A stretch of 40,596 bases of DNA from Pseudomonadota bacterium (GCA_018819165.1 JAHJQP010000173.1:1-40596), one strand, 5' to 3'. Numbered from the stretch's first letter, positions 20,110-28,735 are shown. A program made the numbers and translations. The notes: generated by a model from the letters alone, not told the origin.

Positions 20110-20775
20110 ATGCTGCAGAAAATAGGTATCGGGGTTCTCGTTTCGGGAAGCGGCTCCAATCTGCAGTCCATTATCGATCATATCGAAGACGGGACACTCG
20201 ATGCGGAAATCAGGGTAGTCCTCAGCAACAACCCGGAGGCCTATGCCTTAGAGCGATGCAGAAAGCATCGGATCCCGGCGACCGTGGTCGATCATCGCCA
20301 GTTCAGCTCCCGCGAGGAATTTGACCGCAGAGTGATCGAAATACTGAAAACGTCCGGCGTTGATCTTGTGGTGATGGCCGGTTTCATGCGGATCCTCTCT
20401 CCTGAATTCTTCCGGGCGTTTCCCCGGAAGATCCTGAACATCCACCCGGCGTTGCTCCCCGCTTTTCCCGGCACCCACGTACAGCAGAAGGCTGTGGAAT
20501 ACGGAGTCAAATTTTCGGGTTGTACGGTCCATTTTGCCGATGAAGGGGTCGATACGGGGCCCATAATCATCCAGGCCGTTGTCCCGGTTCGCGAAGATGA
20601 TACCGCTGACGACCTTGCTGCAAGGATCTTGAAAGAAGAACACAGGATTTACCCCCAGGCCATCCAGTATTACGCGGAGGGAAGAATCGAGATCGAGGGC
20701 CGGAAGGTCCGCATCAGAAGCAACCGCCGGATGAAGGAAATTGCGCTGCACAATCCTCCTTTGACCCGGTTTTGA
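20110..20775 (+). CDS. purN: phosphoribosylglycinamide formyltransferase
   Basis: Motifs VLVSGSGSNLQSI, LVVMAGFMRIL, NIHPALLPAFPG and SGCTVHFADEGVDTGPII. Confidence 0.9.
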   Translation: MLQKIGIGVLVSGSGSNLQSIIDHIEDGTLDAEIRVVLSNNPEAYALERCRKHRIPATVVDHRQFSSREEFDRRVIEILKTSGVDLVVMAGFMRILSPEFFRAFPRKILNIHPALLPAFPGTHVQQKAVEYGVKFSGCTVHFADEGVDTGPIIIQAVVPVREDDTADDLAARILKEEHRIYPQAIQYYAEGRIEIEGRKVRIRSNRRMKEIALHNPPLTRF

Positions 20776-20835
20776 TTTCTTCCCCATCGGTCGGACAGGT
20801 GTTTTTTCCGTCACACATCTCTTGGATTCATTCAT

Positions 20836-22287
20836 ATGTACGATGCAATTGTCATAGGCCGGGATTTGAGCTCGTTGATCGCCGCCCTGACTGCGGTCCG
20901 GAGCGGATTGAAAACGGTCCTGGTCGCGGAGGACTCACTGGAGGCAGAACATCGGGAAGCGGGATATGCCTTTCCGATCGACCCGACTCCTCTGTCCGGT
21001 TTTGGACAGGAACAGATTATCTCACGGCTTCTGGCGGAACTGCACCTGACGCAAGAAGGTGCTCCCCCGGTTATGCTTTTGGACCCCGCCTTGCAGGTGA
21101 TCCTCCCCGGACACCGGGTGGACATTTTTCAAGACCGGGAGCGGTTGATCGCTGAGATGATCCGCGAATTTCCTGAAATGGCACGTGAGATAATGCGTTT
21201 TCACCATGCCGTCGCAAGAGCCGGCGCGCTCGTGGAGAGGTGGATCGGCGAAGATTTCCCCGGCGGCAGGCGGGATTTCAGAGGGCTTCTCCGCCGGCTT
21301 GGTCGCCTTCCCGCCGCCATCACTGGCCGTTCTTCCCTTGCCTTCCGGGGAAATGAAAAGGTCAACTCATTCAGGAGGGTTATTGAAGCCCAGATGACTA
21401 TCCTTTCCCATCTCGATATCAACGGCCACCTTCCCCTCTCTGCTGCGTATCTCCTTTTCCTGCCCGCAAGGGGCCTTTTCTACCCGTGCGCAGGCCCGAA
21501 CGCCTGGCTGAAGTGGTTGTGCAAGGGGTTTACCGATAGCGGGGGAATTCTGCAAGAGGGGTGTTCCGTCATTCGAATCGACACAGAGCCGGAAATCATG
21601 GTCGATCTGGAAAGCGCAGGGACATCGTCAACCCTTAGCGGCAAAAAGCTCATCGTCAGCACAAAGTGGGAAAAACTCAATCTTCTGCTGCTTGAGCAGA
21701 AGCCATTCCGTCGGCTGGTTCGCCGGTTCGGTGCAATCCGTCCGGCTGCTTATCTCTTTTGCCTTCATATGGGCGTTCATGAAGGGGGGCTTCCGGAGAG
21801 GATGGCGCCTTATGCCGTGGTGGTCCCGGATGAAAATCGCCCCGTAACAGAGGGTAATCTCGTTTTTCTCGAAGCCAGTTTCCCGGGTGAGACGGGCCGG
21901 GCGCCCGAAGGACGTCGCGCAATCACTGCCACTGTTTTTCTGAAGGATTCACCGCTAAGGCTCAATGATCGTGAACTGAAGGAGTATGCCACAGGCATTA
22001 TCGATTCCCTGGAGGGATTCCTCCCGTTTCTTCGGGAGAGTATCGATTATATTCATGTTGAAAAATCCATTGCCCTATCGAGGCAATGCCAGGAATTGGT
22101 CAACCAGAAATACCGGACCCGGAAGCGCCCCTTTTTCGGGATCAGTATCTTCTCGCCGGAAACACCCGTTCGCGATGTATTCTTGACGGGGGGGATGTTG
22201 CTGGCAGGGCAAGGTTTCGAAGGGGAGATTCTCTCCGGGATAAATGCCGCCTTCTTGGCGGGAAGCGAGGTTAGAAAACATGGATAA
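20836..22287 (+). CDS. phytoene-desaturase-family (CrtI-like) oxidoreductase homologue with degenerate dinucleotide-binding motif
   Basis: N-terminus is YDAIVIGRDLSSLIAALTAVRSGLKTVLVAED, where the GxGxxG position reads G-R-D-L-S-S. The C-terminus FLTGGMLLAGQGFEGEILSGINAA resembles the CrtI-type FAD-binding tail. Confidence 0.55.
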   Translation: MYDAIVIGRDLSSLIAALTAVRSGLKTVLVAEDSLEAEHREAGYAFPIDPTPLSGFGQEQIISRLLAELHLTQEGAPPVMLLDPALQVILPGHRVDIFQDRERLIAEMIREFPEMAREIMRFHHAVARAGALVERWIGEDFPGGRRDFRGLLRRLGRLPAAITGRSSLAFRGNEKVNSFRRVIEAQMTILSHLDINGHLPLSAAYLLFLPARGLFYPCAGPNAWLKWLCKGFTDSGGILQEGCSVIRIDTEPEIMVDLESAGTSSTLSGKKLIVSTKWEKLNLLLLEQKPFRRLVRRFGAIRPAAYLFCLHMGVHEGGLPERMAPYAVVVPDENRPVTEGNLVFLEASFPGETGRAPEGRRAITATVFLKDSPLRLNDRELKEYATGIIDSLEGFLPFLRESIDYIHVEKSIALSRQCQELVNQKYRTRKRPFFGISIFSPETPVRDVFLTGGMLLAGQGFEGEILSGINAAFLAGSEVRKHG

Positions 22288-23593
22288 GAATTTTCCGTAC
22301 GATTTTACCATTCAGAACCTGGGGGAATGCACCATTCCTTCTCCCGTAAACGTCAGTTATTTCACTACGGATGCCAAGAAAGTCCTGTTCAACATCTACC
22401 TCGATCAGTACGACCGCCTCAAGTCTCCTGACGGTATGCCCCTTGCCGTCGAGGTGGCCGGGCCACGGGAGAAGATCTTCTTCGATTCTTCTAAGACCAA
22501 GGCGGCCATCGTCACCTGTGGCGGACTCTGCCCGGGTATCAACGACGTCATCAGGGCGCTGGTCATGGAGCTTCATCACCGGTATGGAGTCCGGAATATC
22601 GTCGGGATAAAATACGGGTTTCAGGGACTGATCCCTAAATACGGTCATCCAGTCATTCAGCTTACCACGGATATCGTGAAGGATATCCATACGATCGGGG
22701 GCAGCATCCTTTCGTCTTCACGGGGACGTCAGGATACCGGGGAGATGGTGGATGCGCTCAAGCGGATGAATGTGGATCTCCTGTTCTGCGTGGGCGGAGA
22801 CGGGACTATGAGGGCCACGGAATGGATCACTGAGGAAATCACACGGCGGGATCAGAATATCGGCGTGATCGGCATCCCGAAGACGATCGACAATGATCTG
22901 AACCTGATCCAGAAGACCTTCGGATTCGATACGGCCATTTCCGAGTCGGTCAAGGTGATCCAATGCGCCCATATCGAAGCCAGGGGTGGCCCCAACGGTA
23001 TTGGTCTGGTCAAGATCATGGGTCGACAGTCGGGGCATATAGCGGCCGGCGCCGCCCTGGCACAGTCCGATGTCAACTTCGTCCTGATTCCGGAGGTTCC
23101 CTTTGACCTGGAGGGGGAAAAGGGTTTATTAAAGGCCGTCGAGAAACGTCTTCGTGACCAGGCGCACTGCGTGATCCTTGTAGCCGAGGGGGCCGGACAG
23201 GAATACCTCCGGCAGGATGGTCATCCTGTGGACACGGATGCCTCGGGCAATCTACGTCTGCTCGATATCGGCATCTTCCTGAAGACCACCCTGGAGGGAT
23301 ATTTTAGGAAGATCGGCATGGAGGTCAACCTCAAGTACATAGACCCGAGCTACATCATCCGCAGTGTTCATGCAAATGCCAGCGACAGCATGTACTGCGG
23401 AGCGCTCGGCCAGTATGCGGTCCATGCCGGCATGGCCGGAAAGACAGGCATGCTCGTCGGACTGATGAAGGACGAATATGTCCATATACCTTTGAAAATG
23501 GTTAGTTCCGGCACCAAAGTCGATCCGGTTGGAAATGTCTGGATGCGGGTCCTCGAAGCGACGGGCCAGCCCCCACTGATGAAAAACGTTTGA
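22280..23593 (+). CDS. pfk: 6-phosphofructokinase (long PfkA-family form)
   Basis: Motifs AIVTCGGLCPGINDVIR, FCVGGDGTMR, GIPKTIDNDL and MGRQSGHIA. I chose ATG 22280 (MDKNFPYDF...), which overlaps the upstream stop by 8 nt. Confidence 0.85.
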   Translation: MDKNFPYDFTIQNLGECTIPSPVNVSYFTTDAKKVLFNIYLDQYDRLKSPDGMPLAVEVAGPREKIFFDSSKTKAAIVTCGGLCPGINDVIRALVMELHHRYGVRNIVGIKYGFQGLIPKYGHPVIQLTTDIVKDIHTIGGSILSSSRGRQDTGEMVDALKRMNVDLLFCVGGDGTMRATEWITEEITRRDQNIGVIGIPKTIDNDLNLIQKTFGFDTAISESVKVIQCAHIEARGGPNGIGLVKIMGRQSGHIAAGAALAQSDVNFVLIPEVPFDLEGEKGLLKAVEKRLRDQAHCVILVAEGAGQEYLRQDGHPVDTDASGNLRLLDIGIFLKTTLEGYFRKIGMEVNLKYIDPSYIIRSVHANASDSMYCGALGQYAVHAGMAGKTGMLVGLMKDEYVHIPLKMVSSGTKVDPVGNVWMRVLEATGQPPLMKNV

Positions 23594-23672
23594 AATATTT
23601 TATCATATCGGGACCGGCTCTGGGGAAAGCGCAAAGCAGCATACGGACTTTTTAAAAGCCGTTAAAAAATGC

Positions 23673-23701
23673 TTGCATTCTGGAGAGATTTGGTTTACTA
23701 A
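23673..23701 (+). promoter_or_regulatory. candidate sigma-70 promoter for rpmB (TTGCAT-17 nt-TACTAA)
   Basis: Hexamers lie at 23673..23678 and 23696..23701, about 30 nt upstream of ATG 23731. SD GAGAGGAG follows. Confidence 0.35.
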
Positions 23702-23730
23702 CCGGCAGCATTTCAGAGAGGAGCCTGCGT

Positions 23731-23928
23731 ATGTCGAGAATCTGTGAAGTATGCGGTAAAAAACCGGTGGCGGGTCACAAGGTCAGCCATGCAAACAACA
23801 AAAGCAAAAAGATCTGGTACCCCAATCTTCAGAAGATACGCTGTATCGACGCCAAGACGGGGACGGTGAAGCGCGTGAAGTCCTGCACCCGGTGCATCCG
23901 TTCGGGTTTTCTTAGAAAGGCCGTCTGA
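23731..23928 (+). CDS. rpmB: 50S ribosomal protein L28
   Basis: [34 protein letters not shown]... is the canonical L28 N-terminus. Confidence 0.95.
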   Translation: MSRICEVCGKKPVAGHKVSHANNKSKKIWYPNLQKIRCIDAKTGTVKRVKSCTRCIRSGFLRKAV

Positions 23929-23953
23929 AAAGAATTGCAACAAAGGGATTACG

Positions 23954-23995
23954 GGCCGGAACAGCTGAGCGATGCTGTCCCGGCCTTTGTGATTT
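23954..23995. terminator. hairpin terminator between convergent rpmB and the exported-protein gene
   Basis: GGCCGGAACAGC (23954..23965) pairs with GCTGTCCCGGCC (23974..23985) to form a 12-bp stem with one mismatch. It is followed by TTTGTGATTT on the + strand. Confidence 0.6.
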
Positions 23996-23999
23996 CATC

Positions 24000-24425
24000 T
24001 CACCTCTGTGGAGCGTCTGATATCACGAGCTTTTTAATATCCTGCAGTTTGATCTGGAAGGTGCCGTACCTGGTCCGGCCGTACAAATTCCTGCTTTTAT
24101 TCAGCGTCAACTCGGACGATCCCCCGTCGCGCAGTTTTACTATGCCGGTCAATCTGTCCGCATTAATGCGGAACAGAATCTGCTCAATGTTGTCAAAGGA
24201 GATGGTGTAGTTCCCCTCCCCGCGCTTCCCTTCCAGGAAGGTCTCCCCTTCAATGCTTACGTCACTGCACTGAGCGACCACATCCATCTGATCCAGGATG
24301 GTAGCGGCATACTTCTTGACCGGTACGGGAATCTTTTCCGGAGAGGCCGGTCCCTGAAGGGAGCCCATCCCCAGGAGGATAGACATAACTGTCATCAGAA
24401 CAAGGAACAATAGGAATCTTTTCAT
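24000..24425 (-). CDS. small exported protein of unknown function
   Basis: The N-terminal signal-peptide-like segment is MKRFLLFLVLMTVMSILLGMGSLQG, with no lipobox Cys. SD GGAGG lies upstream of ATG 24425. I recognise no family. Confidence 0.6.
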   Translation of the reverse strand: MKRFLLFLVLMTVMSILLGMGSLQGPASPEKIPVPVKKYAATILDQMDVVAQCSDVSIEGETFLEGKRGEGNYTISFDNIEQILFRINADRLTGIVKLRDGGSSELTLNKSRNLYGRTRYGTFQIKLQDIKKLVISDAPQR

Positions 24426-24570
24426 GAGGCCTCCAATCGTTGTAGTAACCTGTGTGCAAAAGTGGCGATTTCAGCGGACAGATCTGCATCTCACAACGAT
24501 TGCTGACTATCATGCTCCCAGGGAAATTTCAAGATTAAAAGAGAGGGAAAAATAGAAAGGAATTCTCTCC

Positions 24571-24598
24571 TTGACATCAAGGCCCACCTTGATATGAT
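24571..24598 (+). promoter_or_regulatory. candidate sigma-70 promoter for recJ (TTGACA-16 nt-TATGAT) with embedded inverted repeat
   Basis: TTGACA lies at 24571..24576 and TATGAT at 24593..24598. The spacer contains ATCAAGG-CCCA-CCTTGAT, a perfect 7-bp inverted repeat. Confidence 0.45.
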
Positions 24599-24650
24599 AA
24601 AATTATTCTAGAGCCGGATGTGACGGCATGACAGGGAGTCAAACTGGGAA

Positions 24651-26396
24651 GTGGCTATCTCGGCAGCAAGACTGCCCACCACCCGCTGGCGTTTGCGGGA
24701 GGGCAACAACGATATCCAGGATCGGCTGGTCAGGGAACTGGGCCTCAGCCCGATCATATCCCGGATTCTCATGAGTCGCGATATCGTCGATCATGATGAT
24801 GCCCTCCGGTACCTCTCCCCTTCCCTTCGCGACCTCCACAATCCTTTTCTGATGCAGGATATGAAAAAAGCGGCGGATCGTCTTATCCGCGCCATCTACA
24901 ATCAAGAGAAGGTAGTCATCTACGGGGATTATGATGCGGACGGCATCACTTCCGTTGCCGTTCTTATCCAATTTCTGCGACAGATCCATCGGGGGGTGAC
25001 CTTCTATATCCCTGACCGTATCACGGAGGGTTATGGACTGAACCGGGAGGCGGTGGAACGACTGAGATCCGAGGGGGTCGGTCTGATCATCACCGTAGAT
25101 TGCGGCATATCCGATCATGAACCGATCGCCTATGCACGACAGCTGGGCATGGACACGATTATCCTGGACCATCATGAGCTCTCCGACACCCTTCCGGAGG
25201 CGTTCGCCGCTGTCAATCCTCATCGCACGGATTGTAGATTTCCCTTCAAACATCTCGCCGCCGTCGGTATTGTATTCAACTTTCTTATTGCCCTCCGCGG
25301 CGCCCTGAGGCGGGAAGGATTCTGGAAGAATGATGCCTATCCCAATCTCAGGGAATACCTTGATCTTGTGGCGCTCGGGACCATCGGCGATATCGCGCCG
25401 CTTGTGGATGAAAATCGCATATTTGCCAAAATAGGGCTCGAACTGATGACCGAGAGCAAGAGGGTCGGTCTGAGCGCTCTGAAGTTGGTTTCTGGAATCG
25501 ATCACCAGGTGATCGATTCCAACAGGGCCTCCTTTTCTCTGATCCCCAGGATCAACGCTGCCGGAAGAATTGATTCGGCAAAGGAGGCCGTAGAGCTCCT
25601 CTTGACGGAAAATCCTGTGCAGGCCGAAGAACTGGCCAGGAAGTTGGACGGGTTCAACCGGAAACGGCAGGCTTTGGAAAAGGTGATTTTCAATGAGGTT
25701 ATCGAACAGGTCGGTGACCAGTTAGAATCCGGAGAGATCGGGCCGCTGGTATTTTCCTCCCCCAAATGGCACCCCGGAGTCATCGGCATCGTCGCATCGA
25801 GGCTGGTGGATCGTTTCGGAAGACCGGCCATTCTGATCAGCCTGAAGGACGGCATCGGCAAAGGATCGGGACGGAGCATCGCCGATTTCAATATTTATCA
25901 GGGGCTGAAACGCTGCGAGTCCCTTCTGTTATCCTACGGAGGCCACCGCTATGCCGCAGGCATTTCCATCCGCGAGGAGGACATCGATAGATTTTCGGCG
26001 CTGCTCAGGAATGTGATCCAGGAAAATGGTCAGGAAACCGATTTCACGGTCTGTACGACCATCGATTCGCAGTGCAGCCTTTCGGACATCAATCATGAGC
26101 TCCTGTCTCAGTTTGACCGCCTGGCCCCCTTCGGGAGCAGGAACCCAGAACCGGTTCTCTGCGTCAGAAACGTCAGTGTCGCTTCTCCGAGCATTGTCGG
26201 GAACAACCACCTGAAGATGCGCGTAAGCGGTGACGGGGTGTCCAGGAATTCTATCTGGTTCAGCAGGGGACAGTTCCTTCCGGAGCTCTCTGCGGCGGTT
26301 TTGGATATTGTTTTCACGCCGCAGATCAATTACTGGAACGGTTCGGCGGATATCCAACTGAAGATGAGAGATGTTGCCGTTCAGGCGAATTCCTGA
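24651..26396 (+). CDS. recJ: single-stranded-DNA-specific exonuclease RecJ
   Basis: DHH motifs are VVIYGDYDADGITS, ITVDCG and ILDHHE. DHHA1 region is GGHRYAAG. The start is GTG 24651. Confidence 0.9.
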   Translation: MAISAARLPTTRWRLREGNNDIQDRLVRELGLSPIISRILMSRDIVDHDDALRYLSPSLRDLHNPFLMQDMKKAADRLIRAIYNQEKVVIYGDYDADGITSVAVLIQFLRQIHRGVTFYIPDRITEGYGLNREAVERLRSEGVGLIITVDCGISDHEPIAYARQLGMDTIILDHHELSDTLPEAFAAVNPHRTDCRFPFKHLAAVGIVFNFLIALRGALRREGFWKNDAYPNLREYLDLVALGTIGDIAPLVDENRIFAKIGLELMTESKRVGLSALKLVSGIDHQVIDSNRASFSLIPRINAAGRIDSAKEAVELLLTENPVQAEELARKLDGFNRKRQALEKVIFNEVIEQVGDQLESGEIGPLVFSSPKWHPGVIGIVASRLVDRFGRPAILISLKDGIGKGSGRSIADFNIYQGLKRCESLLLSYGGHRYAAGISIREEDIDRFSALLRNVIQENGQETDFTVCTTIDSQCSLSDINHELLSQFDRLAPFGSRNPEPVLCVRNVSVASPSIVGNNHLKMRVSGDGVSRNSIWFSRGQFLPELSAAVLDIVFTPQINYWNGSADIQLKMRDVAVQANS

Positions 26397-26401
26397 ATTG
26401 A

Positions 26402-27313
26402 TCAGCGCAGGACCAGGCTGTATGACTTGATACGGAAAACCGGGTTGTAGGACTGCTTCGATTTCGCCAGATTGGGAACGTTCATGTCGCTTTCTTTATT
26501 GATATACAGGAATTCACTAAAGAGTCTTTTCGCGCATTCATTGTCGAGGAATTGATAGAGGCCCTTGAATTCGGAAAAAGCCTTTTCGAAATTGAGCGTC
26601 GCGGTAGTTCTGTTCAGGCGCGACCCGATCCCGAAAGCGGAGACTTCGCCGTCGATTCGGATCAGAATCCCCTTTGACTCAAGTCGATCCATATTTTTCA
26701 GGGTGGTGATCAAGGCGTTTTTTTCACAGGCCAGGCTGCTTTCCTGGTCCTCGCCGCAGGCGTATTGCTCGCACCAGATCTCCAGAAACTTCAGACATTC
26801 ATCGGTATATTCCGGGCGGATGGTCTGGACCTCCACGCGGTCCTTGCTCAGGTAATCCCGCGTAAACTGGTGGATGAGATTACGCTTCTTGGCGAACCTG
26901 TTTCCCCGGAGGCGAATCATGTCTTCTGCAAGATAGACGTAATCGGTGAATTCCTTCTGCTCCTCCACGGTAAAGTAGGAGTCGAGCTCTGAACGGTCCA
27001 GTTTTTCCAGGTAATCCCCCGGTGCATACCAGTACCCGTCGAATCCGAGCTTCCGGGCAAAATGGTGAAGTTCGGAAGGCGAAGGATACGCTTTTGAGGA
27101 AAGGGGAAGAATGAGATGCCTGTCGTTCGGATGATTTTCCTCTTCACCGGCGATGAAAAGGGTGCCGTCCGAGATGGTGTAAAGGGCCCTGTGCATCCGG
27201 CTGCTCCAGGCGATTAGGGATGCCAAAGAATAGATGCACAGGCTGTAGGGTTGTTCCTTAAAGAACACTTTCAGGATATCGTAATCGGAAACGTCAAGCT
27301 GTTTAAAGTTCAT
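26402..27313 (-). CDS. stand-alone DUF2156 / MprF C-terminal (lysyl-PG synthase-like, tandem GNAT fold) domain protein
   Basis: About 300 aa, soluble. N-terminus is FKEQPYSLCIYSLASLIAWS and the central segment is RGNRFAKKRNLIHQF, as I recall for this family. ATG 27313 overlaps the upstream stop (ATGA). Confidence 0.65.
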   Translation of the reverse strand: MNFKQLDVSDYDILKVFFKEQPYSLCIYSLASLIAWSSRMHRALYTISDGTLFIAGEEENHPNDRHLILPLSSKAYPSPSELHHFARKLGFDGYWYAPGDYLEKLDRSELDSYFTVEEQKEFTDYVYLAEDMIRLRGNRFAKKRNLIHQFTRDYLSKDRVEVQTIRPEYTDECLKFLEIWCEQYACGEDQESSLACEKNALITTLKNMDRLESKGILIRIDGEVSAFGIGSRLNRTTATLNFEKAFSEFKGLYQFLDNECAKRLFSEFLYINKESDMNVPNLAKSKQSYNPVFRIKSYSLVLR

Positions 27314-27798
27314 GGCTTCTTGATCAAAAGCATGGGAACCCAGGCGGTCATTTCTTGGAAACCGCTAAGGCGATAGAGGTTACAGGAGCCCGGTTCGGCG
27401 ATGAGCCCGATCCAGCTCAGGCCGTCGGCCTCCAGGCGTTCAAGGAGCGCCTGGAGAATAATCTTTCCGATCCCCTGTTTCCTGCGGGTGCTGAGGACAG
27501 CCAGATCCTGGATATAGGCATCGCTGATGCCGTCACTGATTGCCCTTCCCATCCCTATGATCTGGTCTCCCTCTGCGGCAACCACGAAACAGTGACTGCC
27601 CGAGATCAGCCGCGGGATCAGCTGCTGTCTGACTTCATCGGATGGGTTCCACCACCCCTGCGCTCGGTAGAGCTCGACGATCTGCCCGATCTGTTGTTCG
27701 GTGGGCGTCTGGAGAAAAATGCACTTTACCGTGCCGTCATTACTTAATGTCATGTCCCTTCGTCCGCAAGGTGTCTCCTGTTCTTTGCGGTCATGCAA
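27310..27798 (-). CDS. GNAT family N-acetyltransferase
   Basis: The acetyl-CoA-binding region is LAVLSTRRKQGIGKIILQALLERL (Q/RxxGxG/A type). The start is uncertain: either TTG 27798 (GGGAG 8 nt upstream) or ATG 27753. Confidence 0.75.
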   Translation of the reverse strand: MHDRKEQETPCGRRDMTLSNDGTVKCIFLQTPTEQQIGQIVELYRAQGWWNPSDEVRQQLIPRLISGSHCFVVAAEGDQIIGMGRAISDGISDAYIQDLAVLSTRRKQGIGKIILQALLERLEADGLSWIGLIAEPGSCNLYRLSGFQEMTAWVPMLLIKKP

Positions 27799-27860
27799 AG
27801 TGCATGCTCCCGAAATAAACCAGTAGGGCCTCTTCTCGAAGGTTCGAATACCGGGTGATG

Positions 27861-27889
27861 CTTATAAGCGCTGAAAGGTCCGGTGTCAA
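27861..27889 (-). promoter_or_regulatory. candidate sigma-70 promoter for the GNAT-DUF2156 pair (TTGACA-17 nt-TATAAG)
   Basis: Read on the minus strand: TTGACA at 27889..27884, a 17-nt spacer, then TATAAG at 27866..27861. It lies between the livF-like stop and the GNAT start. Confidence 0.5.
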
Positions 27890-27934
27890 GGATATTGTGT
27901 TAGCCGAACGATTCAAGACTTGCGCAAAATGCTC

Positions 27935-28735
27935 CTACAGCCACCGTTTCCGGCGACGGTAGGATTTGACCTCTGTATACGATTTGAGATTTCCCGCTGC
28001 CGACATGCCGAGGTAAAATTCCCGGATATCCGGGTTTTCACAGAGATCATCCGCAGACCCCTCCATGACGATCTTTCCGTTCTCCATCACGTATCCGTAA
28101 TGGGCGATCTGGAGGGCCATTCGGGCGTTCTGTTCGACGAGAACGATCGTGGTCCCCTCCTCTTCGTTGATCTGGCGGATGATCCGGAATATCTCCTTGA
28201 CGACCAGGGGCGCGAGCCCCAGGGACGGCTCGTCAAGGAGCAGCAGCTCGGGATGGGCCATCAGGGCGCGTCCCATGACCAGCATCTGGAGTTCACCGCC
28301 GCTGCAGTAACCGGCCAGCCCCCGGCGCCGCTCCCAGAGGGCGGGAAAGTAATGGTAGACCCTCTCCAGATCCTGCCGGTAGGGCTTTCCCCATCTCGTT
28401 GCCGTGCCGACGCGGAGATTCTCTTCAATCGTAAGGTACTTGAACGGCTGACGCCCTTCCAGGACCTGGATGATCCCATGCCGGGTGATCGTTTCCGGCG
28501 ACTGATTCTGGATCTCGCTTCCCTGATAGAGGATCGTCCCGTCCGTCACCTTGCCGTTTTCCGGCTTCAGGAGTCCGGACACCGCCTTGAGGGTCGTGGT
28601 CTTTCCCGCTCCGTTGCTTCCCAAGAGCGAGACGATGCGGTTCTTCTCAACGGAAAGCGAAACGCCCTTCAGCACCTGGATGACATCTGAATAGACGACG
28701 GAAATATTGTTCAATTGCAGGAGAATCCGGTCCAT
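27935..28735 (-). CDS. livF: HAAT-family ABC transporter ATP-binding protein (LivF-like)
   Basis: From ATG 28735 it reads MDRILLQLNNISVVYSD.... Walker A is GSNGAGKTT, the signature is CSGGELQML, and Walker B is LLLLDEPSLGLAP. Confidence 0.85.
   Translation of the reverse strand: MDRILLQLNNISVVYSDVIQVLKGVSLSVEKNRIVSLLGSNGAGKTTTLKAVSGLLKPENGKVTDGTILYQGSEIQNQSPETITRHGIIQVLEGRQPFKYLTIEENLRVGTATRWGKPYRQDLERVYHYFPALWERRRGLAGYCSGGELQMLVMGRALMAHPELLLLDEPSLGLAPLVVKEIFRIIRQINEEEGTTIVLVEQNARMALQIAHYGYVMENGKIVMEGSADDLCENPDIREFYLGMSAAGNLKSYTEVKSYRRRKRWL

Noticed and set aside
27920-28690. 256-aa + ORF; similarly 32731..33603, 33464..34096 and 36643..37716 (+)
   Set aside because: All are antisense to well-supported ABC ATPase, SBP or histidine kinase genes.
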